From Candidatus Lustribacter sp. (GTDB lineage Bacteria; Vulcanimicrobiota; Vulcanimicrobiia; Vulcanimicrobiales; Vulcanimicrobiaceae), in assembly GCA_965277805.1 (NCBI GenBank), contig OZ255842.1, positions 1,696,001 to 1,760,000 of the forward strand: a stretch of 64,000 nucleotides of DNA, in the 5' to 3' direction. The notes beneath the pieces are model-generated. The model was given only the letters and a program-made list of their open reading frames with translations. It ran no database searches and was not told the DNA's origin. The translations under genes were made by a program, and so were the position numbers. Each line of letters begins with the position of its first letter. Positions within the stretch are counted from its first letter, which is position 1. Below, one piece after another: positions 48,400-58,004 of this stretch.

Positions 48400-49139
48400 C
48401 AGGGTGCGAACGCGTCGAGCAGCGCCCGCGCCTTCGGTCGCCGCCCGAGATGAAACGTTACCAGGTCGTCCACAGCACGCGCGACCTTCGGCGTCGCATC
48501 GATCGTCGCGCGCAAACCGGCGGCACGCGGTGCACCGAGCGCACGAAAGTTCTCGACATCGGCCGCATCGAGCGAGTGCATGTCGCCGCGCGCGCCGTAG
48601 CAGCCCTCGCAGCCGAGCCCGCCCGCATCGATGTCGACCCACGCGCCGTGATCGTTGAACGGGCCGCCGCAGCGAATGCACGCATCGTCCGGCGGCGCTA
48701 GCCCGAGCGCGTGCAGCAGCCGCAGCTCGAAGCGCGGGACGAGCGTGGCCGGGTCCGGCGATGCGGCGATCGCGAGCGAGGCGTTCGCCAAGAGCGCGTA
48801 GATCTCGTCGAGCGGCAGCTCGGGCTCGCAGAACATGTCGACGATCTCGGCAATCAGCGAGGCGGCGGCGAGCGCTCGCGGTTCGGTCAATCCCGTCCAA
48901 TGCGAGCGCACCGTCACGGCCGAGGTGATGATGTCGAGCGAGCGGCCGCGGTGCAGCGTCATCGTCGACTCGGTCAACAGTTGCATCCGCCCGCCGAGCG
49001 TGCTCTTGGTGCGCCGCACGCCCTTGCCGACCGCATCGACCTTGCCCGAACTGCGCGTGAAGAGCGTGAAGATTTTGTCCGCTTCACCGAGGTTGCGCGC
49101 GCGGAGCACGATGGCGTCGGTCGTATACGTGCGTTCGAT
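48399..49139 (-). CDS. recO: DNA repair protein RecO, proposed ATC start
   Basis: TDAIVLRARNLGEADKIFTLFT..GKV..KGVRR; CIRCG..CEGC Zn finger. Confidence 0.93.
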   Translation of the reverse strand: MERTYTTDAIVLRARNLGEADKIFTLFTRSSGKVDAVGKGVRRTKSTLGGRMQLLTESTMTLHRGRSLDIITSAVTVRSHWTGLTEPRALAAASLIAEIVDMFCEPELPLDEIYALLANASLAIAASPDPATLVPRFELRLLHALGLAPPDDACIRCGGPFNDHGAWVDIDAGGLGCEGCYGARGDMHSLDAADVENFRALGAPRAAGLRATIDATPKVARAVDDLVTFHLGRRPKARALLDAFAP

Positions 49140-49558
49140 TACGCGATGCCTCGCGACGCTGCGAGCGAGGCCGGTTCGAACGCCGTCGGCAGCAGTTCGC
49201 CGAGCGTCGTATCGTTCCAGCCGCCGTCGGCGCGCGCATAGGTGAGCGGCACGTCCGGCGCGCCGAACTCGGCCAGCACTTGACGGCACGCCCCGCACGG
49301 CGGCGTCGTCACGCCGTCCGGTCCCGTCACGGCCACCGCGGTGATCGTCGTCGACCCCGCCAGCACGGCGGCGAACACGGCGTTGCGTTCGGCGCAGACC
49401 GTCAACCCGTAGGATGCGTTCTCGACGTTGGCGCCGGTAAAGCGCCGCCCGTCGGCCGTCTCGACCGCCGCGCCGACGGTGAAGTGCGAGTACGGCGCAT
49501 ACGCCGCCGATCGTATGGCGCGCGCGGCAGCGCGGAGTTCACTCAGGTTGGTCGACAT
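49139..49558 (-). CDS. cdd: Cytidine deaminase
   Basis: AYAPYSHFTVGAA, GANVENASYGLTVCAER, PCGACRQ. Confidence 0.96.
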   Translation of the reverse strand: MSTNLSELRAAARAIRSAAYAPYSHFTVGAAVETADGRRFTGANVENASYGLTVCAERNAVFAAVLAGSTTITAVAVTGPDGVTTPPCGACRQVLAEFGAPDVPLTYARADGGWNDTTLGELLPTAFEPASLAASRGIA

Positions 49559-50819
49559 GCGCTTTTCCGTTGGTGAAGATGCGCACCGCGAGGATACGCC
49601 GGCCGCGCGTGCGGTCGACCCGCAGGCGCACGCCGTCGGTCGCCTCGACTTCTTCTCCCTCGTGCGGCAAGCGGCCGAACAGACCGACCGTGTAGCCGCC
49701 GATCGTCTCGAAATCTTCGTGCGGCAAATCGAGACCGAGCGCGGCGTTGACGTCTTCGATATTCGTGCCGGCTTCGACGACCGCCTCATCGTCGGCGATC
49801 TTGCGAATCGGTTCTTCCTCGCCTTCGTCGTGCTCGTCGCGAATCTCGCCGACGATCTCTTCGAGCAGATCTTCCATCGTCACGAGGCCGGCGGTGCCGC
49901 CGTACTCATCGACCACGATCGCGAGCGAGTATTTTCCACGCTGCATCTCGCGCAGCAGTTCGGAGATGCGCTTGCTCTCCGGGACGTGTGCCACCGTGCG
50001 CATCAGCGCGCGCAGCGACGTGGTTGCGATCGTGCCGTTGGCCAGCGCGATCAGCAATTCGCGATCGTGCACGACGCCGATGACGTTGTCGATCGTCTCG
50101 TCGTACACCGGCAGCTTCGAATAGCCGTCCTTGATGACGAGATCGAGGGCGCGCTTGGGCGGCGCGGCTGCCGGGACGGCGACCATGTCGGTGCGCGGCG
50201 TCATCACCTCGCGCACGATCGTGTCGCCGAACTCGATGATCGAGTGGATCAGCTCGCGTTCGCCCTCTTCGAGCACGTTCTGCTCGACGCCGACGTTCAC
50301 GAGCGTCTTGATGTCGTCTTCGGTCACGTACGGGCCGTGCGGTTCCGAACCACCGAAAATACGAACGATCAGGTTGGTCGTTGCGAGCAGCAGCGAGGTA
50401 AGCGGCGTCAAGAGCCAGATGAAAAACGTCAGCGGTGCGGCCAGCCGCAAGGCGACGCGGGCGCTGTTGGAAACGGCCAGCGTCTTCGGCAAGATCTCGC
50501 CGAAGATCAGCAGCACGATCGTGGTGATCAGCGTCGACCACAACGGCGCTTGCGGGATGCCGATCTCGACGAACAGGTAGGTGGCAAAACCGCTGGTCGC
50601 CAGCAGCACGAAGGTGTTGGCGATCAGGATCGTGGTCAGCGTCCGGTTGCGATCCTCGAGGATCTTCTGCAGGCGCGCGCCGCCGGGGACACCCTTCTCG
50701 GCAAACGTCCGCGCGGAGATGCGCGAAACCGAGACGATGGCTGCTTCGGAGCCCGCAAAAAACGCGGCCGCGCCCACGAATAGCACGAGGACGAGCAGCT
50801 CCAGCCAGTAATCGTTCAC
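49539..50819 (-). CDS. CNNM/CBS/CorC-HlyC hemolysin-family protein
   Basis: FFAGSEAA, FGEILPK, VREVMTPRTD, VVDEYGGTAGLVTMEDLLEEIVGEI. Confidence 0.93.
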   Translation of the reverse strand: MNDYWLELLVLVLFVGAAAFFAGSEAAIVSVSRISARTFAEKGVPGGARLQKILEDRNRTLTTILIANTFVLLATSGFATYLFVEIGIPQAPLWSTLITTIVLLIFGEILPKTLAVSNSARVALRLAAPLTFFIWLLTPLTSLLLATTNLIVRIFGGSEPHGPYVTEDDIKTLVNVGVEQNVLEEGERELIHSIIEFGDTIVREVMTPRTDMVAVPAAAPPKRALDLVIKDGYSKLPVYDETIDNVIGVVHDRELLIALANGTIATTSLRALMRTVAHVPESKRISELLREMQRGKYSLAIVVDEYGGTAGLVTMEDLLEEIVGEIRDEHDEGEEEPIRKIADDEAVVEAGTNIEDVNAALGLDLPHEDFETIGGYTVGLFGRLPHEGEEVEATDGVRLRVDRTRGRRILAVRIFTNGKAHVDQPE

Positions 50820-50830
50820 AAGCGCGCTCG

Positions 50831-50839
50831 ATTATACCA
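50831..50839 (-). promoter_or_regulatory. Extended -10 (TGGTATAAT) overlapping the dgkA stop
   Basis: Consensus TGn-TATAAT 11 nt upstream of the GTG at 50819. Confidence 0.5.
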
Positions 50840-51596
50840 CATGGAGCGGACCCCGCAGGCAGAGCCAGAGCCCGTAGCTGATGCCGACCCCGAGGATGCC
50901 GCCGAAAAAGACCTCGCGCGCGGAGTGGATGCCGGACTCGACCCGGCTCTGGGTGACCAGCAAAGCGAGGAAAAACGCAAGCCCGGCCAGCAGCGCGCTG
51001 TGCCCGAGCAGCGAGATGAAGGTCGCCGACGCGAACGCCAGCGCCGCGTGGCCGCTGACCGCGCCGCCCTGCAGCGCCGAGCCGCGGCCGACCTTGGCCT
51101 TGGCGATGACGGTGGCGATCCCCACGATGACGAGGCCGATGAAGACGGCGTTGGCCGGAAGGGCGAGGGCGGCCCGGTAGACCTGGTCGCCGCCGGCCAG
51201 GATTCCCTCATAGAACGTCAGGTACCCGACGATGACCGCGGCAAACGCGACCACCAGCACCGCGCCGGCCGATGCGTCTTTGGCCACCTTGGCCAGCGGG
51301 TGATGGGCCTCGGTCATCAGATCGACGAGCGCCTCGACCGCCGTGTTGATCAGCTCGAACGCCAGCACCATCGCCACGGTCACGACGATGCCGATCACGT
51401 AGGGCCGCTGCAGGCGCAGATAGAGCGTGGCCACCAGCACCAGCGCCGCCGCGACCAGGTGCAGGCGCATGTTGCTCTGCGTGCGCGTCGCGTAGATGAT
51501 GCCTTCGAACGCGTGGTGGAACGACCGCCAAAACACGTGCTCGCGCACGTCGTGTACGGCCGGAACTTCTCGCGGTGGCGGCAGCGGCTCGTTCAT
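50832..51596 (-). CDS. dgkA: Diacylglycerol/undecaprenol kinase fused to a PAP2-like domain
   Basis: SFHHAFEGI, ELINTAVEALVDL, AKDASAGAV; SGHAALAF, SRVESGIH. Confidence 0.9.
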   Translation of the reverse strand: MNEPLPPPREVPAVHDVREHVFWRSFHHAFEGIIYATRTQSNMRLHLVAAALVLVATLYLRLQRPYVIGIVVTVAMVLAFELINTAVEALVDLMTEAHHPLAKVAKDASAGAVLVVAFAAVIVGYLTFYEGILAGGDQVYRAALALPANAVFIGLVIVGIATVIAKAKVGRGSALQGGAVSGHAALAFASATFISLLGHSALLAGLAFFLALLVTQSRVESGIHSAREVFFGGILGVGISYGLWLCLRGPLHVV

Positions 51597-52090
51597 CGCA
51601 GCACGCCTAAATAGGGCCAAGGCATCCCGATCGCTTCGGCAAGGCGGCGCTCTTCACGTTCCATCACGCGCCGTTCGCCGGCATTTTCGTGATCGTGTCC
51701 GCAGAGGTGCAGCACGCCGTGGATCAGCAGGCGTTCGATCTCGCGGTCCAGCGGCGCGTCGTACGCTTCGGCCTGCGCCTGCGCCGTGTCGACGGAGATC
51801 ACGATGTCGCCGAGCATGAGCTCGTTTGCCGCTGCCGGCGCGCGCGGATGCGTGCGGCCGTTGCGCTCAAACGCATCCGGTTCGTAGAGCGGGAAGCTCA
51901 GCACGTCGGTCGGCTGATCTTTTTGGCGGTGTTCGCGATTGAGCTCGCGCATCTCCGGATCGCGTACGAGGCTAAGCGACACCGTCGCGGCATCCGCATC
52001 GACTTCGGCCAGCAGACGTTCCAACGTGGCCCGCAGCGCAGCGGCGCGCAACCCCGTGCCGCGCGTTCGATTGGCAAAGTAGACCGGAAT
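51593..52090 (-). CDS. ybeY: rRNA maturation RNase YbeY, proposed ATT start
   Basis: LNREHRQKDQPTDVLSFP, LGDIVIS, HGVLHLCGHDH. Confidence 0.95.
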   Translation of the reverse strand: MPVYFANRTRGTGLRAAALRATLERLLAEVDADAATVSLSLVRDPEMRELNREHRQKDQPTDVLSFPLYEPDAFERNGRTHPRAPAAANELMLGDIVISVDTAQAQAEAYDAPLDREIERLLIHGVLHLCGHDHENAGERRVMEREERRLAEAIGMPWPYLGVLR

Positions 52091-52093
52091 GGC

Positions 52094-53038
52094 TTACGCG
52101 TCTCCGGCGCGCTGATACGCGGCAACGAGCTTGGCGATGAGCGGATGACGCACGATGTCCGATTCGTTCAGCCGCACGATGCCCACGCCGTCGATATCCC
52201 TGAACAGGCGTTCCACTTCGGCCAGCCCGCTCTGCGCGCCGCGCGGCAGATCGATCTGCGTCACGTCGCCGCTCACGATCATCTTCGAGCCCGACCCCAA
52301 GCGCGTGAGGAACATCTTGAGCTGCTCGCGCGACGCGTTCTGGGCTTCGTCGAGAATCACGTAGGCATCGGAGAGCGTGCGCCCGCGCATGTAGGCGAGC
52401 GGTGCCACTTCGATCACGCCGCGTTCGAGATATTTGCCGACCGTTGCGTCGTCGAGGGATTCGCCGAGCGCGTCGTAGAGCGGCCGCAAGTACGGATCGA
52501 CTTTCTCTTTGAGATCGCCGGGTAGGAAGCCGAGCTTTTCGCCGGCTTCGACCGCCGGCCGCGAGAGCACGATGCGCGAGACCTCGCGCTCCTTAAGCGC
52601 GCGCACCGCCATCACGATCGCAAGAAACGTCTTGCCCGTGCCGGCCGGCCCGATGCCGAACGTCAGCGTGTTTTTTGCGATGCTCGCGACGAACGCGCGC
52701 TGTCCGGCCGTCTTGGGCCGGATCTCCTTGCCGCGCTGCGTGATGAAGAGCGTCTGCGGAATGCTCTCGGCCGCGAGCGTGCGCGCCGAAAACGCGACGT
52801 CGTCCGGCGTCACGTGCGTACCGGCCAGCGCTGCCTGGAGCATCGCGTCGAGGACGTCGCCCGCGCGCCGCACCGCTTCGCGCTCGCCGCTGAGGTGGAG
52901 CGTTTCTCCGTCGACGCGGACGACCACGGGGATCAGCGCTTCGAGCGCGCTGATGTTGCGATCGTGATGCCCGTAAAAGCGCAGATGGTCGTCGAGACCC
53001 GATAGTGCGAACGTCGATTCGATGGTGATCCCGGGCAG
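52094..53038 (-). CDS. phoH: PhoH-family ATPase, proposed CTG start
   Basis: GPAGTGKT, RPAVEAGEKLGFLPGD, LDEAQN; N-terminal FYGHHDRNISALE upstream of the first GTG; AAGGAG 6 nt before CTG. Confidence 0.95.
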   Translation of the reverse strand: MPGITIESTFALSGLDDHLRFYGHHDRNISALEALIPVVVRVDGETLHLSGEREAVRRAGDVLDAMLQAALAGTHVTPDDVAFSARTLAAESIPQTLFITQRGKEIRPKTAGQRAFVASIAKNTLTFGIGPAGTGKTFLAIVMAVRALKEREVSRIVLSRPAVEAGEKLGFLPGDLKEKVDPYLRPLYDALGESLDDATVGKYLERGVIEVAPLAYMRGRTLSDAYVILDEAQNASREQLKMFLTRLGSGSKMIVSGDVTQIDLPRGAQSGLAEVERLFRDIDGVGIVRLNESDIVRHPLIAKLVAAYQRAGDA

Positions 53039-53069
53039 TCAGCGCTCCTTTGGCAGTTTGGGTTATCCC

Positions 53070-53564
53070 CTAGAACGCGTGCGGTATGCCGACGGTGGCA
53101 CCCGGGCGCAGGCCAACCGGCGTTCCGAGGATCTCGTTGGCGATGACCGCGTTCGCCGCCCAGGCCGGGCTGCCGACGGCCGCGCCGCCGCCGATGGTCC
53201 GGACCCGGCGCCGCCCGGCGGCCGCCGGAACGCCCGGCGTGCCGGGCAGCGAGAGATCGAGCGCCGGGAAGGCGGCCGCGGCCTCGGCGGGCAGCGTCTC
53301 GCCCATGGTCGGCGCGGTCGCGGCCGTGGCGGCGAGCGGCGCGGTGAACGGCTGGGAGGCGACGGGCCGGGGTGGGGCCGGCGGGGCGAGGCGGCGCCGC
53401 ACAGCCGGGGCCGGAGCCGCCGGCGGCGGGGCGGCGGTGCGGGGAGCCGGGGGCGGTGACGCCGCCGCAATTCGCGCGCGGCCCTTGAACCAGCGCCGGA
53501 TCGCGACGACGACAAACAAGCCCCAGATGAAGACCGGAACGAGGTTCCCGCCGCCGTGGTCCAC
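53070..53564 (-). CDS. Membrane-anchored Pro/Ala-rich protein in the yqfB position after floA
   Basis: N-terminal TM; C-terminal AVIANEILGTPVGLR. Confidence 0.75.
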   Translation of the reverse strand: MDHGGGNLVPVFIWGLFVVVAIRRWFKGRARIAAASPPPAPRTAAPPPAAPAPAVRRRLAPPAPPRPVASQPFTAPLAATAATAPTMGETLPAEAAAAFPALDLSLPGTPGVPAAAGRRRVRTIGGGAAVGSPAWAANAVIANEILGTPVGLRPGATVGIPHAF

Positions 53565-53570
53565 GCGGGC

Positions 53571-54569
53571 CTACTTCGGCACGTCGGGCGAGAGCGTATC
53601 GCCGACGTTGGAACCGATGGCACCGCGCATTTCGGTGTCGGCCTTGATGTTGTTCATGCGGTAGTAGTCCATCACGCCGAGATTGCCGCTGCGAAAGGCG
53701 TCGGCCAGCGCGACCGGGACTTGCGCTTCGGCCTCGACGACCTTGGCGCGCATGCGCTGCGTTTCGGCCTTCATCTCTTGCTCGGCCGCGAGGGCCGCGT
53801 ATTGGCGCTCGGCTGCCTTCGCTTGCGCGATGCGGCGGTCGGCCTCGGCTTGCGAGGTCTGCAGTTCGGCGCCGATATTTTTGCCGACGTCGACGTCGGC
53901 GATGTCGATCGAGACGATCTCGAACGCCGTCCCCGCATCGAGTCCCTTGGCGAGCACCGCCTTGGAGATGCGATCGGGATACTCGAGCACTTCTTTGTGA
54001 TCGACCGCCGCGCCGACGGCCGAGACGACGCCTTCACCGACGCGCGCCACGATCGTCGGTTCGCCGGCGCCGCCGACGTAGCGATCGAGGTTGCTGCGCA
54101 CGGTGATTCGCGCTTTCACGTTGAGCTGAATGCCGTTTTGCGCGACGCCCTGAAACGTCGGCGTCTCGATGACTTTCGGCGTGACCGAGGTTTGCAGCGC
54201 TTCGAGCACGTTGCGTCCGGCCAGATCGATCGCGGCCGCGCGCTGCCACTCGAGCGGAATCTGCGCGCGCTGCGCGGCGATCATCGCCAGCGTGACGTTC
54301 TCGACGTTACCGCCCGAGAGCACGTGCGATTGTAGTTGATCGACGGTGAGGTTCAAGCCGGCTTTGCGCGAGCGAACGAGGTTTGCCACGATCACGCCGG
54401 CCGGCACGCCGATGACGCGCATGCGAATCAGTGCGCCGATTGAAAGCGGCACCCCCGCCGCCAGCGTGCGGATCCACAAGCCGAGCGGGAAGTAGTAGAG
54501 CAGCAGCACGAGGATGACGAAGATAACGACGATGACGCCTAAGGCGAACAACGAGGCGAAGCCGATCAT
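53571..54569 (-). CDS. floA: Flotillin-like protein FloA (YqfA)
   Basis: [17 protein letters not shown]-like [43 protein letters not shown]. Confidence 0.96.
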   Translation of the reverse strand: MIGFASLFALGVIVVIFVILVLLLYYFPLGLWIRTLAAGVPLSIGALIRMRVIGVPAGVIVANLVRSRKAGLNLTVDQLQSHVLSGGNVENVTLAMIAAQRAQIPLEWQRAAAIDLAGRNVLEALQTSVTPKVIETPTFQGVAQNGIQLNVKARITVRSNLDRYVGGAGEPTIVARVGEGVVSAVGAAVDHKEVLEYPDRISKAVLAKGLDAGTAFEIVSIDIADVDVGKNIGAELQTSQAEADRRIAQAKAAERQYAALAAEQEMKAETQRMRAKVVEAEAQVPVALADAFRSGNLGVMDYYRMNNIKADTEMRGAIGSNVGDTLSPDVPK

Positions 54570-55243
54570 GGTCGCTTCCAGCTCTTGGGCATGGGTTCGC
54601 TCCTTGGACGCACGAAAATGCGCGCGCCTTCAACTCGAGTGACGGTAACGGGTGTACCGGCCGGAACGAACTCACCCTCGGTGAGCACATCGACCTTCTG
54701 GCCGTTGATGGCGGCATAGCCGGCCGGCCGCAGATACGACGTCGCGAACCCGGCTTGGCCGATAAGCGCGCGCCGGTCGGGCGCGGCGATATATTCGCGG
54801 CCCTGCACGCCGGTAAACGCCAGCCGCTGCATGAACGCGTTCTGCGGAAATAGGCGCGCCGCGATGACGAAGATGATCACCGCCAGGACGATCGCGATCG
54901 CGATCGATTGCACGGCGACGAACCCGAACGGAAAACCGAACGCGAACAGGATGCCGGAAAAGAGCGCGAGCAAACCCAAGATTCCGGCCACGCCATGGCC
55001 GGGAAAGACGTGCAGTTCGAGCAGCACGCCCACGAGACCGATCGTTGCCAGCGCCGCCGGCAAACTGTCGGAGGCGCCGATAAAAACGTGACTGCCGAAG
55101 AACAGCGCAAACGCCGCGATGCCGATCGCGCCGGCGATGAGATGCAGCGTTTGCATCTCGATCAGCAGGCCGGCCAAACCGATCGCCAGCAGCACGCCGC
55201 TGACGGAGGGATCGGACAGGAACCGCAACAGGTCGGCGAACAC
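54566..55243 (-). CDS. NfeD-family protein (TM plus OB domain)
   Basis: TM helices, then [33 protein letters not shown]; precedes floA. Confidence 0.9.
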   Translation of the reverse strand: MFADLLRFLSDPSVSGVLLAIGLAGLLIEMQTLHLIAGAIGIAAFALFFGSHVFIGASDSLPAALATIGLVGVLLELHVFPGHGVAGILGLLALFSGILFAFGFPFGFVAVQSIAIAIVLAVIIFVIAARLFPQNAFMQRLAFTGVQGREYIAAPDRRALIGQAGFATSYLRPAGYAAINGQKVDVLTEGEFVPAGTPVTVTRVEGARIFVRPRSEPMPKSWKRP

Positions 55244-55273
55244 GCTTTGTTCTACCGCGCCGGCGGTGCCGGG

Positions 55274-55720
55274 TTACGCGTTGGCGAGTTCCTCGGTGAC
55301 GATCTGGCGCACGATATTGCCGTCGGCGAGGCCCTTGAGTTGCGGCATGACAACCTTCATTGCGGCTCCCTGGTTACGCCCCTCAGCGGGGATACCGGCG
55401 AGTGCCGTGCGCACGATGGCGCGGACTTCGTCGGCCGACTTCTGCTCGGGCAGATAGTGCTGGAGGATCTCGCGTTCCCGGGTTTCTTTTTCGACGAGTT
55501 CGGGGCGTCCGCCCTTAGCGTACTCGGCGATCGAATCGGTGCGCTGCTTGACCAGCTTTTGCACGAGCGCGAGCTGCTCGTCGTCGGTCGGATCGTGACC
55601 CGCTTCGACGCGCTTGTAGGTGAACGCCGACAGCACGCTGCGCAACGTATCCAAGCGCACTTGGTCGCGCGCTTTCATGGCTTCTTTGAGATCGGCGGTA
55701 ATCTGGTCTTTGACGTTCAC
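55274..55720 (-). CDS. yqeY: GatB/YqeY domain protein
   Basis: DLKEAMKARD, KQRTDSIAEY..GGR, YLPEQ, GLADG. Confidence 0.93.
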   Translation of the reverse strand: MNVKDQITADLKEAMKARDQVRLDTLRSVLSAFTYKRVEAGHDPTDDEQLALVQKLVKQRTDSIAEYAKGGRPELVEKETREREILQHYLPEQKSADEVRAIVRTALAGIPAEGRNQGAAMKVVMPQLKGLADGNIVRQIVTEELANA

Positions 55721-55739
55721 GGTCTTGGTCCTAAATCAT

Positions 55740-55764
55740 GAAGGCGTCTCGGGGAGACGCCTTC
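55740..55764 (-). terminator. Perfect 11-bp hairpin downstream of rpsU (weak terminator or stabiliser)
   Basis: GAAGGCGTCTC-N3-GAGACGCCTTC; poor U-tract. Confidence 0.55.
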
Positions 55765-55784
55765 GGGTTACGCTGGGGATCCGA

Positions 55785-55955
55785 TCAGGCTCGGCGTTTC
55801 CGGGCGGCGGCGGACTTCTTCTTGCGACGAACGCTAGGCTTTTCGTAGTGCTCGTGCTTGCGGGCTTCGGCGAGGACGCCGGCCTTCTGCGTGGCCTTTT
55901 TGAAACGGCGCAGCGCGCTTTCGATGGTCTCTCCCGGTGCAATGCGTACTTCCAC
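55785..55955 (-). CDS. rpsU: 30S ribosomal protein S21
   Basis: [45 protein letters not shown]. Confidence 0.97.
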   Translation of the reverse strand: MEVRIAPGETIESALRRFKKATQKAGVLAEARKHEHYEKPSVRRKKKSAAARKRRA

Positions 55956-56019
55956 GAACAACCCTCCCTTCGCCCGGCCCAAAAGCCGTCATTCCGGACC
56001 CTCGAGGGCCCAACGCCCT

Positions 56020-56048
56020 ATGCTACCAGGGATCGCCCCCAAGGTCAA
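56020..56048 (-). promoter_or_regulatory. sigma70-type promoter of rpsU, TTGACC-N17-TAGCAT
   Basis: -35 at 56048-56043, extended TGG, -10 at 56025-56020. Confidence 0.7.
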
Positions 56049-56052
56049 ACGG

Positions 56053-56397
56053 CTACCCGGGCGGCCACGCGAGGGGGCGGCCCGCCAGAACGTGGGCGTG
56101 GAGGTGGTAGACGCTCTGGCCCGCGTCCTGGCCCTCGTTCATCACCACACGGTAGCCGCCCGGGCCGAACCGGGTGCCGATCTCGGCGGCGGCCGCCAGA
56201 AGGCGTCCGGCGGCCGCGGCGTTGCCTTGTTTCGCGAAGTCGGAGAGATGCTCGGCGTGCACGGTCGGGATCACCAGAACGTGCGCCGGCGCCTGCGGGT
56301 TGAGATCGTGGAACGCCACGACGTGTTCGTCGCGCAAGACTTCCTTAGCGTTGATTTCCTTGCGAACGATCTTACAGAACAGACAATCCTCGTGCAT
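56053..56397 (-). CDS. Histidine triad nucleotide-binding protein
   Basis: DCLFCKI, NPQAPAHVLVIP, GQSVYHLHAHVLAGR..WPPG. Confidence 0.96.
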   Translation of the reverse strand: MHEDCLFCKIVRKEINAKEVLRDEHVVAFHDLNPQAPAHVLVIPTVHAEHLSDFAKQGNAAAAGRLLAAAAEIGTRFGPGGYRVVMNEGQDAGQSVYHLHAHVLAGRPLAWPPG

Positions 56398-58004
56398 TAC
56401 GTCCCCATCGTCATCAGTTCGAAGTGAAAGCTCGTGTCCGGGCTCGATACGAAACCGTGCACGGACGAGCGCAGCGCGAGCGGCACCGGCGTGTGCAACA
56501 GCGAGATTGCCGGCACCTGGTCGTGCACGAGTTGCGCCGCACGTTCGTAGATCGCGCGCCGCTTCGCTTCGTCGACCGTGCGCTGGCCGGCGAGCATCAA
56601 GCGGTGAAACTCGGGATCGCGCCAGAACGAGTAGTTCTGCGCATACGGCTTGACGGCCGAATCCTTATCGAGCAGCGGGTAGTAGAAGTTATCCGGATCG
56701 CCGTTGTCACCGCTCCAGCCGATCAGGCACATCGGATGCTCGCCGTTCTGAACCTTCGCCAGGAACACGCCGAACTCGAGCGGCTCGAGCGTCACCGTGA
56801 TGCCCGCTTCTTTGAGATCGGCTTGGATCGCTTCGGCCAGCCGTTGCGGATCGGGCATGTACGGCCGCGGCGTCGTGGGCAGGTAGAGCGTCGTTGCGAA
56901 CCCGTGCGGGAAGCCGGCTTGCGCGAGCAGCCGTTTCGCTTCGCTCACGTCGTGCGGCCAAATCTTGATGTGCGTGTTTTCGCCCAGCATCCCCGGCGGC
57001 GTCCAGTTGTCGCCTTCGATCGTGCCCGGACCGTATAGCGCGTGAATGATGGCCGGAATGTCGATCGCCGAGGCCACCGCGCGCCGCACCAGTACGTTGT
57101 CGAAGGGCTTCTTCTCCATGTTCATGGCGAGATAGGCCAAGTTGTTCGACGGCTGGCGCACGATCGCGATGTCGTGTTGCGTGGCAAGCATTGCCGCATC
57201 GTCCGAGCGCACGTCGGTGAGCATCGCCAGCTCGCCCTTCTGGATCGACAGCACGCTCGTCGCTTGATCGGGGATGTCGCGGATCACGACCGTCTTGATC
57301 GCCGGATGCAGGGTGCCGTCGTAGTGCGGGTTCGCGTCGAGCGTGATGTGATCGTCGCGCAGCCACTCGCGCAAAATGTAGGGACCGCTGCCGACCGGGT
57401 GCTGTTCGAACGCTTGCGGGTCGCGCTCGATCGCGGCGGGCGAACCGATCAGGAACGACGGCATCGCGATGTTGCGCAAGAACGTTCCGGACGCTTGCGC
57501 GAGAACGAACGTCACGCTCAGCGGTGTATTGACGATGACGTCGCGCACGCTGCCCGGGTTCTTCGGATCGTCCGAGAAGCCGCCGAACTCGGATACCCAG
57601 TACGCATAGGAGAACGCGCCGTGTTGGGGGTCGTGCTGCAGCCGCCAGCGATCGAAGTTGAACTTCACCGCCGCGGCATCAACCGGCGTGCCGTCGGAGA
57701 ACCGCACGTTCGGACGCAGCGCAAACGTCCAGCGCGTGCCGTCCGGACTCACGGTCCACGAGCGCGCGAGCGCGCCGGTGACTTCGAAGCTCCCCGGCTT
57801 GAACGCAACCAGCCCTTCCATGATTTCCGAAGAAACGTTCAGCGACTGGCCGTCGGTCGCGTGCGAAGGATCGAGGTCGATCGCATCCTTCACCCGCGCG
57901 ATCACCAATTCTTGACTCCCGGTCTGATCGAGATTACCGCATCCGGTCAAAAAGCCGAGCAGCAAAAGCAATGTCATCCCGAGCTTGTCGAGGGACCGCC
58001 TCAA
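56397..58004 (-). CDS. Dipeptide/oligopeptide ABC substrate-binding lipoprotein (DppA-like)
   Basis: Lipobox LTGC; LRPNVRFSDGT, PVGSGPY, GWSGDNGDPDNF; TTG start overlapping the upstream TGA (alternative ATG at 57977). Confidence 0.92.
   Translation of the reverse strand: MRRSLDKLGMTLLLLLGFLTGCGNLDQTGSQELVIARVKDAIDLDPSHATDGQSLNVSSEIMEGLVAFKPGSFEVTGALARSWTVSPDGTRWTFALRPNVRFSDGTPVDAAAVKFNFDRWRLQHDPQHGAFSYAYWVSEFGGFSDDPKNPGSVRDVIVNTPLSVTFVLAQASGTFLRNIAMPSFLIGSPAAIERDPQAFEQHPVGSGPYILREWLRDDHITLDANPHYDGTLHPAIKTVVIRDIPDQATSVLSIQKGELAMLTDVRSDDAAMLATQHDIAIVRQPSNNLAYLAMNMEKKPFDNVLVRRAVASAIDIPAIIHALYGPGTIEGDNWTPPGMLGENTHIKIWPHDVSEAKRLLAQAGFPHGFATTLYLPTTPRPYMPDPQRLAEAIQADLKEAGITVTLEPLEFGVFLAKVQNGEHPMCLIGWSGDNGDPDNFYYPLLDKDSAVKPYAQNYSFWRDPEFHRLMLAGQRTVDEAKRRAIYERAAQLVHDQVPAISLLHTPVPLALRSSVHGFVSSPDTSFHFELMTMGT
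57972..58000 (+). repeat. REP-like palindrome copy 5, encodes the N-terminus of the SBP
   Basis: TGTCATCCCGAGCTTGTCGAGGGACCGCC; minus strand reads RSLDKLGMT. Confidence 0.9.
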
